A DNA stretch of 64,000 bases. Source: an uncultured virus (IMG/VR IMGVR_UViG_3300042507_001994) (lineage: Duplodnaviria; Heunggongvirae; Uroviricota; Caudoviricetes). The notes beneath the pieces were generated by a model that did not search any database, was not told the DNA's origin, and saw only the letters and a program-made list of their open reading frames with translations. How positions within the stretch are numbered: the first letter of the stretch is position 1; every line of letters begins with the position of its first letter. This document shows positions 1 through 9,541 of the stretch, piece after piece. The stretch lies in IMG/VR virus record IMGVR_UViG_3300042507_001994. One strand, written 5' to 3'. Position numbers and translations under genes: made by a program.

Positions 1-3000
1 AAGGCAGTCCACGATGTTGTGATGCGCTGGGTGGTGGTGCCAATGTTAATGGTGTTGGCACCGGCGGCAGTGCTGCTGATAATCTTGAAGGTGTTGTTGC
101 CACTGATGGTGAGCGTGCCGTTGCCGCCTTGGTTCAGGGTGATGTTGGTGTAGGCTATGTCGCCGCCAGCGAAGGTCTTGGCAGATGCTGAGGTGAGGCT
201 GATGGTGCCGGTGCCGGTGACGGTGAGGTTGGTGGGGGTGGCTGTGAATACAGCGCCAGAACCAGCAAAAGTCCAAGTACCAGAACCAAAAGCAAGGGTT
301 CTTATATTCTGAGAAGTAGAATCAAAATTTGAACCGCTTGTTGTGGTGAAGTTATATGTGTTAGCGTCTAGTGTCCCAGCAGAAAGTGTCAGATTAGCTC
401 CGGTTGAAGTGACAAATGCATCTTGCAAAGTAACCGATCCGCTTGGGCTGTTAATTGTAAATCCCTGTGTGAAAGTCCTGCCGGCATTTGTAATAGTCTG
501 ACCACCGCGCCCAGCAAACGTAATCGTTCCCGTACCAGTCAGCGTCGTCCCTGTACCGTTGACCCAGTTTCCATAAATAGCAGGCGTCGTAGACCCTGTC
601 GCCAGCGTCATCGTATTCGTCGTCCTAGCCGACATGTCGATGGTGCCGATGTTGTAGGACTGGTTGATGGTGACAGTGGCGCCGCTGTTCAGCCCTGTGG
701 CTTCAAAGAAGCAGGTGTCCTGCGCCAATGGGAAGTTGTTTACAGCAGGTGCATCACCACTGTTGAGCGCCCAGCCTGTCGCAGACCAATTGCCGCCAGC
801 AGCAAGGTTCCAATACTTGTGGGCAGCGGCTGTAAACGTGATGCCGCTGTTGCCCTTGCAGTCGCCAATGCGCGTACCGGAGGCTGGCGCAGCAGCACCA
901 GCGATGGTGATGTCGCGGAAGTCAACGTCGGTCATTGACAAGGCGTTAGCCGTAATGGTGCGGGTGGTGCCGATGGTGTCGCTGCGGCAGAAGTGCCGCA
1001 TGGTGGCGTTGGTGCCTGCGGAGAAGGTGAGTGTGCCTGTGACGGTTTGGTTGGCGGATAAAATAACAGGTCTGCACCCGCTAGCAGTTAACCCAGAAAA
1101 AGACAGGTTGTTAAAACTGTTTGTGCCGTTAATAGTTCTGTCAACTGGATTGGTTTGAGTAAAACTAACGTTGTAAAAGGTCTGATTGTTGCCGGAAAAG
1201 TTGGGGCCAATTGCAGATATATTTATTTGCGAAGTTCCTGCCGTGACGGTGAGATTGGCTCGGCTCGTTTCGGTTGTACCAAAATTGATTGGCGTAGACC
1301 CAGATAGAGTAGCCGTCCCTGCACCAAAATCAATTGTTCTGGAATTTGCGCTACTAGAACTTATTGACAACCCTGTATAGTTGTAATTTGCAAAACTGAA
1401 CGTTCCGTTGGTAACGGTTATTCCATTTGATGCTCCTGTATCCAATGCAGAACCCAAGCTCCACGAGCAATCTACGCCATTGACGGTAATGGAAGATGCC
1501 AGCGCAACCCCGTTCGTCGTAAACGTCAGCCCGGTGGAATTGCTCGACAGCGTCATCGCCCCCGTATACGTCCGAGTCAGCCCCGTCGCGGGCAGCGTCA
1601 CATTGCCATGGATACCGTCCATTGCCGTAGAACCCGCCAACGTCACATTCCCCGACGCCGGTCCAGCAATGGTCAACGCCTTCATCCTGATGCCGCCTGT
1701 AACAGCGTTCACTGTGGCTGTGTAGGCTGTCCCATTGCTGCCTGAATCAAACACAACATCATCGTGGCTGCGCGGCACAGAAGCTCCGCTGCCTGTTCCA
1801 GATGTCGTAGACCAGCGTGCTGTGTCGCTCCAGTTGCCTGTGCCACCAACCCAATAGCGCGTGCTGTCAGCAGGCTTGGCTGTGCGATAGACAGGCGCTG
1901 CGGCCGTGCCGGTGCTGTTGGCACCAGCGTAGAACTCACCAGGGCTTGTGGCAGCAAAGCCAATGCTTCCCATAGCAAGGTAGTCAATGCCGCTGGTGCA
2001 GGCTCCTGCGAGGATGTGGGAGGTTCCAGTGCCGGTCAGAGTGACGACGTTTCCAGCAGTGCCAGTCACTGTCCACTTGCCGAAAATCTGGATGGTAGAG
2101 CCTAGAGCAATGGTGTGCGCTACGGTCTTAGTGCTGGCGAGTTCGGTGAATTGATTGTTGCCGGTTATGGTTGTAGTTGATATGCCGGTTGCACCGCCAA
2201 TAGTGAGTTTGTTATAGGAAAAGCTCTCGCCTGCAAACTGCCTGGAATTTGTAGACGTACTAGAGAGAACAATATCTGCTGTATCTTTATAAAAAGTTAT
2301 TCCTGAAATTCTCCACACATTAGTCTCTTGGCTGGAATAGGTGAGTGTCCAAGTACCTGAACCCATTCTCACAACCAGACTCGTGTCTCCACTTGCCTGA
2401 AAGGCTCCAATCGTTACATTGTAAGTTTTTGCGTTAAATTGTCCGTATAAAACCCTAAAAAGCACGCCACTAGTGAATGCGTCTTCTAACTCTATGTTCG
2501 CCCTTATAGAGTTAATTTGTACTGGAATCGGTATAGAGACTCCGTTGGTTTTAATATAGTTTGTTGCGTCGTATGAGGAAATGTTTATAGTATTTGAATT
2601 ACTGGTAATTGTTACACCTGAACCAAAGCGTAAATTTTTGAAGATATTAAATGTGATACTTACCGTTAGTGTCATAGCGGTTGTTCTAGAACCCATTTCT
2701 AGTGTTCCCAACCTAAACACGGCACTTGTAGAAACAGTGCCTGCTGAACCGGCGTCATCAAATACGGCAGTGTCTTGTGCTAATGGAAAATTATTTACAT
2801 TCGGCGTACCACCACTGGAGGTTGCCCATCCCGTAGAGAAGAAAGTCTGTGTGCCGGCCAGATTCCAGTAAAGTGTTTTCGAAGCCGGGAAAACAATACC
2901 AGCGTTGTTTCCGCAATCCCCCGCGTTTGATGGGGCGGTATTGATGGCGGCTCCGGTCAGGTTAATCCCTTCAAAATCACAGTTATCGGCAAGCAGTGTA

Positions 3001-4925
3001 TTGACAGACAGGTTGCACCTGTTGTTTGTAATATGTGGATTAACGTTTCTTATGGCATATCGGTTTCGAAGACTTGTACCAACAACCTGAAACGTCCCTG
3101 TAATGGTGGCGTCCCCAGTAAAGTTTATCAGGTTTGTTCCGTCAACTCCCGGTGCCCTTAGTGTAAGGTTGGCAATTGTGCCGACATTTGTAAACGCGAC
3201 AGATCTATTAGAAACCGAGGACGCGGCCGCGTTCGCTGTTATGTTATAAAACGTGAGCGGCAGACCACAGGTTATAGACAAGTTGGGGTCTTGCGGCAAT
3301 ACAATATTTGACGTTCCGGCATTAAATGTCAAGTTTGTGCTTGTATTAAAGGAGATGCCAACAGTCCCTGATAAGGTAAAGGTGCTCGACCCAAGCGTGA
3401 TCGTCCTGACGTTGCTGTTGTTGGACGACAACGAACTAGCAGTGACGTTGTAGTTCTTGGTGTCGAACGTGCCGTTGGTGACGGTGAGTGCGCCTGTGCC
3501 CGTATTTAAGGCGTCGGCTAATTCGACCGATCCACCATAGGTATCGATGATCAAATCCTGAGCAAACGCTTTTCCGGCGCTTGTAATCGTCTGAGTGTTC
3601 CGTCCGGAAAAGGTCAGAGAACTTGAATACGTCCTTGTAACGCTACTTCCAAACTTCCAATCCCCGTAAACCGTATATGCCGTTGATCCCGCCAGCGTCA
3701 TCGCATTTGTCCGCGTAGACATATCAATGGTGCCGAGAGACGGAAGAGCCGAGTCCAGCGTCACCGTAGCCGACGTATTCAGACCAGTGTTACCAATGAC
3801 AGCCGTGTCCTGAGCAAGCGGGAAGTTGTCTGTACTGACCCCGCCACCGGACGACGCAGCCCAAGCGTTTGCAGACCAGTTTCCACCTGCGGCAAGGTTC
3901 CAATAGACGGATTTAGGCGTGTCAAAGGTGATGCCTCTGCATCCCCTGAGGTCGCCTATCCTGGTGCCGCTGATGGGCGCTGCTGTGCCGATGACGTAGA
4001 TGTCTCTGAAGTCTGCGTCGGTCAGGCTTGGGGCGCTGTTGATGGTGAGGGTTTGGGCGATGCCATAGAGGTCGCCACGGAACCAGACGCGGCGGTTGCC
4101 TGCGGTGCCTGTGGTGGATAGGGTGCCGTTGATGGTTTGACGGGATCTGAAAGATATGGTGCGAACGCCAGCAGATGCCGGCCCAGTGACGGTTAAGTTA
4201 TTGAAAATGTTAGCACCAAGAATTACACTTACTATTGCGCCTGTTCCTGTAAATGAAAAATTATTAAATGTTAACCCTGTTTGAATAACAATGTCACAAA
4301 AAGCTGAGGACGTTGTACATACAATAACTGAAGTCCCGGCATTAAATGTAAGATTTGTTTGTACTGATATACTTATTGGAACAGAGCCTTGAAGTGTTAC
4401 TGTGCTTCCATTCAAACTTATTGTTCTTGTATTTGCATTGCTGGACGAAAGTGCTCCTGCCGTAACAGAATAATTGCTTGCTGATGTCGTGAACGTTCCC
4501 TGCGTGACGGTCAGCGTGTTGCTGCCAATATTCAGCGCATCCCCAAGCGTCACAGTGATGCCGCTGCCGCTAATGGTCACAGAACCAAGCGTCTTGCCTG
4601 CGCTGGTCAGCGTGCCTGTAGCGTTGAACGTGGTAGTACCGGCATAGGTCAGCGTCATGCCAGCGACAAGCGTCAGAGAGCCTGAGATCGTCAGCGCAGG
4701 CGTGGCCGTCCCAGCCAGCGTGGCGGTATAGCCGGTACAGTTGATGGACTTGGCAACGCGGGAACCGGAGATGGTGCAGGTTAACGATGTGCCGTCAAAG
4801 AACACATCGTCTGCCGCCGTAGGCACAGCAGCACCACCGGCCCCACCTACCGTGTCAGCCCACTTGGTGCCTGCTGTACCGTCCCAAACGTCGGTTGCAA
4901 GGCCGCGCCAGAAGCGATCTGCCAC
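1..4925 (-). CDS. Large tail fibre/adhesin-like protein (>1640 aa, 3' end beyond window)
   Basis: GTG at 4925 begins MADRFWRGLATDVWDGTAGTKW; the same frame reads ANTINIGTTTQRITTSWTA at the window start. It is absent from the ORF track, consistent with having no stop in the window. T/G/S/N-rich, with repeated YWNLAAGGNWSA...NFPLAQDT modules. Confidence 0.8.
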   Translation of the reverse strand, partial: MADRFWRGLATDVWDGTAGTKWADTVGGAGGAAVPTAADDVFFDGTSLTCTISGSRVAKSINCTGYTATLAGTATPALTISGSLTLVAGMTLTYAGTTTFNATGTLTSAGKTLGSVTISGSGITVTLGDALNIGSNTLTVTQGTFTTSASNYSVTAGALSSSNANTRTISLNGSTVTLQGSVPISISVQTNLTFNAGTSVIVCTTSSAFCDIVIQTGLTFNNFSFTGTGAIVSVILGANIFNNLTVTGPASAGVRTISFRSRQTINGTLSTTGTAGNRRVWFRGDLYGIAQTLTINSAPSLTDADFRDIYVIGTAAPISGTRIGDLRGCRGITFDTPKSVYWNLAAGGNWSANAWAASSGGGVSTDNFPLAQDTAVIGNTGLNTSATVTLDSALPSLGTIDMSTRTNAMTLAGSTAYTVYGDWKFGSSVTRTYSSSLTFSGRNTQTITSAGKAFAQDLIIDTYGGSVELADALNTGTGALTVTNGTFDTKNYNVTASSLSSNNSNVRTITLGSSTFTLSGTVGISFNTSTNLTFNAGTSNIVLPQDPNLSITCGLPLTFYNITANAAASSVSNRSVAFTNVGTIANLTLRAPGVDGTNLINFTGDATITGTFQVVGTSLRNRYAIRNVNPHITNNRCNLSVNTLLADNCDFEGINLTGAAINTAPSNAGDCGNNAGIVFPASKTLYWNLAGTQTFFSTGWATSSGGTPNVNNFPLAQDTAVFDDAGSAGTVSTSAVFRLGTLEMGSRTTAMTLTVSITFNIFKNLRFGSGVTITSNSNTINISSYDATNYIKTNGVSIPIPVQINSIRANIELEDAFTSGVLFRVLYGQFNAKTYNVTIGAFQASGDTSLVVRMGSGTWTLTYSSQETNVWRISGITFYKDTADIVLSSTSTNSRQFAGESFSYNKLTIGGATGISTTTITGNNQFTELASTKTVAHTIALGSTIQIFGKWTVTGTAGNVVTLTGTGTSHILAGACTSGIDYLAMGSIGFAATSPGEFYAGANSTGTAAAPVYRTAKPADSTRYWVGGTGNWSDTARWSTTSGTGSGASVPRSHDDVVFDSGSNGTAYTATVNAVTGGIRMKALTIAGPASGNVTLAGSTAMDGIHGNVTLPATGLTRTYTGAMTLSSNSTGLTFTTNGVALASSITVNGVDCSWSLGSALDTGASNGITVTNGTFSFANYNYTGLSISSSSANSRTIDFGAGTATLSGSTPINFGTTETSRANLTVTAGTSQINISAIGPNFSGNNQTFYNVSFTQTNPVDRTINGTNSFNNLSFSGLTASGCRPVILSANQTVTGTLTFSAGTNATMRHFCRSDTIGTTRTITANALSMTDVDFRDITIAGAAAPASGTRIGDCKGNSGITFTAAAHKYWNLAAGGNWSATGWALNSGDAPAVNNFPLAQDTCFFEATGLNSGATVTINQSYNIGTIDMSARTTNTMTLATGSTTPAIYGNWVNGTGTTLTGTGTITFAGRGGQTITNAGRTFTQGFTINSPSGSVTLQDAFVTSTGANLTLSAGTLDANTYNFTTTSGSNFDSTSQNIRTLAFGSGTWTFAGSGAVFTATPTNLTVTGTGTISLTSASAKTFAGGDIAYTNITLNQGGNGTLTISGNNTFKIISSTAAGANTINIGTTTQRITTSWTA

Positions 4926-4928
4926 CGT

Positions 4929-5201
4929 TTACACCTTGTAGTACCAGACGCCCTCAACCTCAACGAGCTTGGCGCCGCTCGGAGGAACTCCTTCCAGCTT
5001 CTGGTAGGTTTCGCCAGCAATGTCCAGCGTGGGCGTCTCAGGCTCTACAGGCGGGGCCGTAACGACAGCAATCCAGTTGTCCCGCCGCTGCTCCTTCAGG
5101 GCTTGGATCTCATCCTCCGTGAAGGCGTGATCATCAGGAAGGTGCAGAGCATCTCGGAACACCCCGTGAGGGGTGTCGAACTCGAAGTCGATCTTGATCA
5201 T
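4929..5201 (-). CDS. Hypothetical protein (possible tail-fibre assembly protein)
   Basis: 90-aa ORF tightly packed upstream of the tail fibre. Confidence 0.6.
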   Translation of the reverse strand: MIKIDFEFDTPHGVFRDALHLPDDHAFTEDEIQALKEQRRDNWIAVVTAPPVEPETPTLDIAGETYQKLEGVPPSGAKLVEVEGVWYYKV

Positions 5202-5776
5202 GCCGCATCAAGGCTGAAGGTGTAGGTGACGTTCAGCGTGTCGCCGCTAGCCACAGAACGGTCCCCAGGCGCCGCAAAGTCCGCAGCGGAGAACAGCGTT
5301 CCCGTCGTGCCGCCCTTGGTGTTGTTGGAGGTCAGGAATGCACCCCCAATCACTGCGGTGGCGTTGATGTTGAACGACGCAGGAGAGGCCGTGTTGCTGA
5401 TCACAGAAGGATCTGCGGTGGTGGAGGTGCCGAAGGTACAGGTAGGCCGATTGGCGTTGCTGTAGCCCGTTTCTTCCGTCCAGCCGCCGTGCAGCGCCAT
5501 GGTGTCGCCAGCAGCGGGGTTGTTGCTGGACGCGGCGCCGTACAGGCCGATGTACCACGTAGTGATCTGAGCAACGCCGCCCAGAGCCGATTCGTTCATG
5601 TACTTCAAGCCGACGTTCACCACGAGGTTGTGGGACTCTGCTTCCCACTTCAGCTTACCGTCCGGGCCGATACACTGGATGTGGAACACGCCACCAGCAC
5701 GAACCCTGTCGGTGGGAGCGGTATTGCGCTCTACGGTGGCGGCAACAGCATCGCTCGCCTTGGACTTGTTGATCAT
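5198..5776 (-). CDS. Putative virion structural (tail) protein
   Basis: 192 aa, S/T/G-rich beta protein, NLVVNVG...GDTLNVTYTFSL pattern, structural operon. Confidence 0.6.
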   Translation of the reverse strand: MINKSKASDAVAATVERNTAPTDRVRAGGVFHIQCIGPDGKLKWEAESHNLVVNVGLKYMNESALGGVAQITTWYIGLYGAASSNNPAAGDTMALHGGWTEETGYSNANRPTCTFGTSTTADPSVISNTASPASFNINATAVIGGAFLTSNNTKGGTTGTLFSAADFAAPGDRSVASGDTLNVTYTFSLDAA

Positions 5777-5785
5777 CTTGTACTC

Positions 5786-6211
5786 CTATGCAAAGCGCAG
5801 CAGCGCAGTTGTGGCAGTTGCTGCCGGAAGTTGAACGGTGAATGTGCCAGAGGCGGTTTTGTCTGCGCCGAAGTCAATGACCGCGATTGCTCGGTTGGCC
5901 TTGGATGAGTTGTAGATCAACCCGCCACGGCACGTAAACGATGCGCCGGTCCAGACCGGATTGTCGAAGGTGACGTAGGCAGTGGTCCCGGACAGGAGGA
6001 CTTGCACGTTGACCAGGGTCACCCCGCCGGTCGTATATCCAGATCCGTTGGGAACCTGCCCTGCCGTTGAAACGCTGTATGCGGTCGTGGCTTGACTCAG
6101 GTCGGCGCTTGCCGTGTAAAGGGCAAACTTCAAGACATCGGTGTCCAAGTCATGGATACCGAGCCAAGACTCCTGTTTGAACGATGAGCAAAGACCTTGC
6201 AGGATAGCCAT
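5786..6211 (-). CDS. Putative virion structural protein
   Basis: 141 aa, SFKQE...KFALYT...LIYNSS...DFGADKT pattern typical of phage tail-region proteins. Confidence 0.6.
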   Translation of the reverse strand: MAILQGLCSSFKQESWLGIHDLDTDVLKFALYTASADLSQATTAYSVSTAGQVPNGSGYTTGGVTLVNVQVLLSGTTAYVTFDNPVWTGASFTCRGGLIYNSSKANRAIAVIDFGADKTASGTFTVQLPAATATTALLRFA

Positions 6212-6865
6212 TTACTTCACCGGATACCTTACCTGACCGTCCCGATACGAATCCATCCGGTTCTTTGCGTCACCAAGCTGCTTCAGCAGCAAGATGGACT
6301 CACCAAACTGGTTCGTGTACAGCGCCACAATGTCCTGCTCGGCCTTCATAAACCGAGCCGCTTCTACCAAGACCGCGTTGAGCAAAGCACTGTCAAAGTT
6401 GTCACCAAGCCAAGATGTCCCAGCAGTGACGATGCTCTCGGGGTAGTAGAAGTAATGCAGTTCTGCCGTGTAGCCTGCCGTCGGGGTTGGGCCCAGGATG
6501 AATGTCAGCTCTGTCGGCAGGTTATATACCGGGCCAAACAAAGCGTAGTACTTCGGCACTCCCTGCGTCAAAGAGTTTGGATAACTCTCTCGGATGAAGT
6601 TCACATCCTTGTTGAGCAGGTACGTGTAATCCCCGCCGCCCGTTGGAAATACTGCCAAACTGAAGACCGACAGGAAGTCATTAGGCGTTGCCAAGTACTG
6701 ATTGCCTTGGCTCAAAACACCCGTGACGTTCTTTCGCAGCGAAGGAAGCTGCACCGTGTTGTAGATCTTCTGCTCTGCCTGCTTCGTCATCGTGGCAAAG
6801 TCAGCCGCCGAGAACGTGTTCTCGGTGTAATCCTCCACAGCAGTCTTCAGTTCGGTGTAGTTCAC
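6212..6865 (-). CDS. Putative head-tail adaptor / tail tubular protein
   Basis: 217 aa, MNYTELK...GVPKYYA...GPTP...HYFYYP...WL pattern; position between head and tail genes. Confidence 0.6.
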   Translation of the reverse strand: MNYTELKTAVEDYTENTFSAADFATMTKQAEQKIYNTVQLPSLRKNVTGVLSQGNQYLATPNDFLSVFSLAVFPTGGGDYTYLLNKDVNFIRESYPNSLTQGVPKYYALFGPVYNLPTELTFILGPTPTAGYTAELHYFYYPESIVTAGTSWLGDNFDSALLNAVLVEAARFMKAEQDIVALYTNQFGESILLLKQLGDAKNRMDSYRDGQVRYPVK

Positions 6866-7035
6866 GCCATCGGCCCCCGGGCCATGAAGCCCTTGGTCTG
6901 CGCCTTGCCGCCGCGCACCTTAATGCCGGAGGTCTTCGGCTCAGGAGCGGGGGAACTGGCGATGTTGCCCACCACCACACGCGGCATGGGCGCGGGAGCG
7001 TTCACCACCGGGGTCGGTACGGACTTGGCCTTCAT
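6862..7035 (-). CDS. Small basic protein (57 aa)
   Basis: Translated by hand: MKAKSVPTPVV...KTSGIKVRGGKAQTKGFMARGPMA; stop/start overlaps with both neighbours. Confidence 0.65.
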   Translation of the reverse strand: MKAKSVPTPVVNAPAPMPRVVVGNIASSPAPEPKTSGIKVRGGKAQTKGFMARGPMA

Positions 7036-7205
7036 TTCTTCCCCTTGCGCCCGACCGGGCCCTGATTGGCAACACGAGCCATGCCAGCGCCCATCTTGAG
7101 CAGCATGTCGTTGGTGACCCCGCCCTTGGCGAGCTTGGTCTTGGGTTTGCCCGGGTGCATCGCCGCCTCATGCTTGTGGACGGCTTGTTTGGGTGTCATC
7201 TTCAT
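7032..7205 (-). CDS. Small basic protein with LAKGG motif (57 aa)
   Basis: Translated by hand: MKMTPKQAVHKHEAAMHPGKPKTKLAKGGVTND...; AAGGAG RBS upstream. Confidence 0.65.
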   Translation of the reverse strand: MKMTPKQAVHKHEAAMHPGKPKTKLAKGGVTNDMLLKMGAGMARVANQGPVGRKGKK

Positions 7206-7218
7206 GGGTTTCTCCTTG

Positions 7219-7644
7219 TCAGGCGACCGTTACTGTACCAACTTCTCCCAGACCCACCAAGGTGTTTGGGGTCAGGAGCGCATCGAAATCTCTTGCACCA
7301 CCTATAGGGTTCCAGCCCCATTGGATGACCAGCATGCCCTCTCCAGGGAAGCCATCTTGGAACGGCCCAGTGCCGGAAACGGTGTCAGTTTGAAGACCGT
7401 TGGTGCCTGACTGATACCAAGTGTTCGTGTCAGGACGCGGATCGCGGATGGCCTGAGGGTCGCTGACGGGGAAGGTTCCTAGCAATAATTGGGGGTGATC
7501 CATTGACCAACATTGGGGACACGCACGAATTTGCGTCTGCTTGGTCTTGACTACTTCATTTTTTAGTTTCTTTAACGGAAACCTAAAATTACAATAATCA
7601 CAGAACCCAAAGGCCTTGGCGCCATTCGCAAACCGATTAGCCAT
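7219..7644 (-). CDS. Conserved phage protein with Zn-binding CxxC pairs
   Basis: CDYC...CPQC, DPQAIRDPRPD. Confidence 0.65.
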   Translation of the reverse strand: MANRFANGAKAFGFCDYCNFRFPLKKLKNEVVKTKQTQIRACPQCWSMDHPQLLLGTFPVSDPQAIRDPRPDTNTWYQSGTNGLQTDTVSGTGPFQDGFPGEGMLVIQWGWNPIGGARDFDALLTPNTLVGLGEVGTVTVA

Positions 7645-8287
7645 TTGACACCTCGAACTTGTTCTTTTTCGAGATGTTTTCTACCCCAAGCATTACGCGA
7701 AGATTTGAAGGGACATGAAGCCCCGACACCAATTTTCCTTGTAACGGAATAACGTGATCTACGTGCCAAGGCTCTTCGTTGTGTCGCGTCAACATTGCAG
7801 CAATAGAATACATGCAGCGAATGCGGAGCTTGTCATGTTCCGTCAGCCATTTTGGCGTACGCTGTTTAACAGCTTTTTTACGCATCGTGGCTAGGTAGAT
7901 AATATGCGAGTGGGCTCTTGCGCGGTACTCTTTTTTCTGCGCCAACCGAGCAGTTTTGTTCACTTCGTAGTCAGCTTTTTTGATAGCTGCAAGACGTTCT
8001 TTGTTTGCTTCTCTATAAGCCTTTTTTACCTCTGCTATTCGCAATTTGTTAGCTTCGTAATATGCCTTCTGGTACTCAGAACTGTTGACGCGTTGCGTAG
8101 CGTTGTACTCTTTATAGTACGTTTTTAGCTTTTCTGCGTTGGCTGCGGCGTACGCTTTTTGTTTCTGCCGGGCGTACTCTTTATTTTCTTCAGCCCATTT
8201 TTTACGGGCGGCGTCTCTCCGCTCGCGGTTTTCCGCGTTGTACTTTTTGTAGTAGGCTAGCGCCTGCTCGCGGGTTTTGAATGCCAT
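7637..8287 (-). CDS. HNH homing endonuclease
   Basis: C-terminal WHVDHVIPLQGKLVSGLHVPSNLRV...NISKKN; K/A/Y-rich helical repeats; more AT-rich than flanks; start placed at MAFKT. Confidence 0.85.
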   Translation of the reverse strand: MAFKTREQALAYYKKYNAENRERRDAARKKWAEENKEYARQKQKAYAAANAEKLKTYYKEYNATQRVNSSEYQKAYYEANKLRIAEVKKAYREANKERLAAIKKADYEVNKTARLAQKKEYRARAHSHIIYLATMRKKAVKQRTPKWLTEHDKLRIRCMYSIAAMLTRHNEEPWHVDHVIPLQGKLVSGLHVPSNLRVMLGVENISKKNKFEVSNG

Positions 8288-8289
8288 GA

Positions 8290-9030
8290 TTACCCGATGA
8301 ACATCTGCCTCGGTACGAACCGTACCGCCGCCTTCTCGCGGTCTTCGCTGGAGGCTCGATCCCAATCCTCGTCATACTGCGCCTTCAGAACCTGCATACG
8401 CTCCATGGCGCCAGGGATCTTCATCGACAGGTAGTACGCCAGCCCAGACACGAGGCAGGGCAGGAAGCGGAAAGGGATGTCCTGCGTAGCGGTGCCGCCG
8501 TCTCCAGCATCTTGGATGCGCCGCAAGTACCAGTACACAAACTGATACACGCCCGTCTGATCCGGCGTGGGCCACACGGTGATGCTTGGCAAGGCCGTGG
8601 CGCTGGGGGAGTAGCTGCTTCCGACAGGGTAGGCCGCGCCGGAGTTCCGGTTCACTAGTACCTGGATAGGTCTCGCCTGCTGGAGCTTGTTTGGGATGGA
8701 GGAGTACGTGCTGATGCTGATCCGCGTGATGGTCAGATCAACCTGCGTTGAAACGTTCCCTGCCCCCGTGCGGATGACATGCTCCAGAAGATCCACGGTG
8801 TCTGACGGCAGCGTGTAGGTGTTGGTCCCCTGTACCAGGGGGATCATGCCCTGGTTAAAGGTCCACATGTTTACACCACGGTTCGCCCAATCTGCAAACA
8901 GCAGGTTCAGGGATCGCCGCGCCGTGCGCAGGTCGTAGCCCGTGCGAAGCTCGGATCCGCAGCGTTCAAACGCTTCCTCGACCGCGTCATTGAGGTCGAG
9001 GTTGAACGTGGTAGCTCCTGATGTAGTCAT
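8290..9030 (-). CDS. Putative head-tail connector / tail tubular protein
   Basis: 246 aa, EEAFERCG...ARRSLNLLFADWANRG...WPTPD...PFRFLPCLVSGLAYY. Confidence 0.65.
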   Translation of the reverse strand: MTTSGATTFNLDLNDAVEEAFERCGSELRTGYDLRTARRSLNLLFADWANRGVNMWTFNQGMIPLVQGTNTYTLPSDTVDLLEHVIRTGAGNVSTQVDLTITRISISTYSSIPNKLQQARPIQVLVNRNSGAAYPVGSSYSPSATALPSITVWPTPDQTGVYQFVYWYLRRIQDAGDGGTATQDIPFRFLPCLVSGLAYYLSMKIPGAMERMQVLKAQYDEDWDRASSEDREKAAVRFVPRQMFIG

Positions 9031-9260
9031 CGGAATCTCGCGGTCTTCTGGGCAACGCCCTTGGGCTGCTTCACGAACTGCTTGCCTGCGGCCTTACCAG
9101 CACGCTTGGCCCTGGTCGTTGCGGCGTACTCGGCAGGGGACAAAGCGGCAATCGCGGCTTTAGGCAGATACCGCTCCCCCGTCTTGGAAGACGGTTTCCC
9201 AGACTTGGTCTGCCATTCTTGGCTTGTCCAGTCGCGGAGCGATTTCTGCGGGGACTTCAT
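9027..9260 (-). CDS. Small basic conserved phage protein
   Basis: 77 aa, QKSLRDWTSQEW...GERYLPK. Confidence 0.7.
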   Translation of the reverse strand: MKSPQKSLRDWTSQEWQTKSGKPSSKTGERYLPKAAIAALSPAEYAATTRAKRAGKAAGKQFVKQPKGVAQKTARFR

Positions 9261-9261
9261 G

Positions 9262-9540
9262 TCAGTCCTTGTACGAGCCGCCCTTGGCCTTGTACTGCTT
9301 CGCCAGAAGCTGTGCCTTGCGTGCGGACCACTGGCCCGCTGCCGTGCCCTGGGTCGCTTGGCCCTTGATGCGCTCGAAGAGCGCCTTCCGCATCCCGGGT
9401 TTGGTGTAGTTGCCTGCGGCGTTGACCTTCGTCTCCCCGCCTTCGGCGTAGAGATCCACCTTGTCCCCGTCCTTGCGACGGATGACCTTGGGCTTCTTCA
9501 ACTCCGGGCGGATGGCGCCCATGCCGCGTGAAATCCTCAT
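9262..9540 (-). CDS. Small basic protein with YAEGG motif
   Basis: MRISRGMG...YAEGG...NYTKP...GQWSARKAQLLAKQYK. Confidence 0.7.
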   Translation of the reverse strand: MRISRGMGAIRPELKKPKVIRRKDGDKVDLYAEGGETKVNAAGNYTKPGMRKALFERIKGQATQGTAAGQWSARKAQLLAKQYKAKGGSYKD

Positions 9541-9541
9541 C

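Noticed and set aside
1..4925. Diversity-generating retroelement acting on the tail fibre
   Set aside because: I saw no reverse transcriptase and no template/variable repeat pair differing only at adenines in the window.
7637..8287. Group I intron or intein around the HNH gene
   Set aside because: The HNH ORF sits between two intact genes with almost no flanking non-coding sequence, so it is free-standing.
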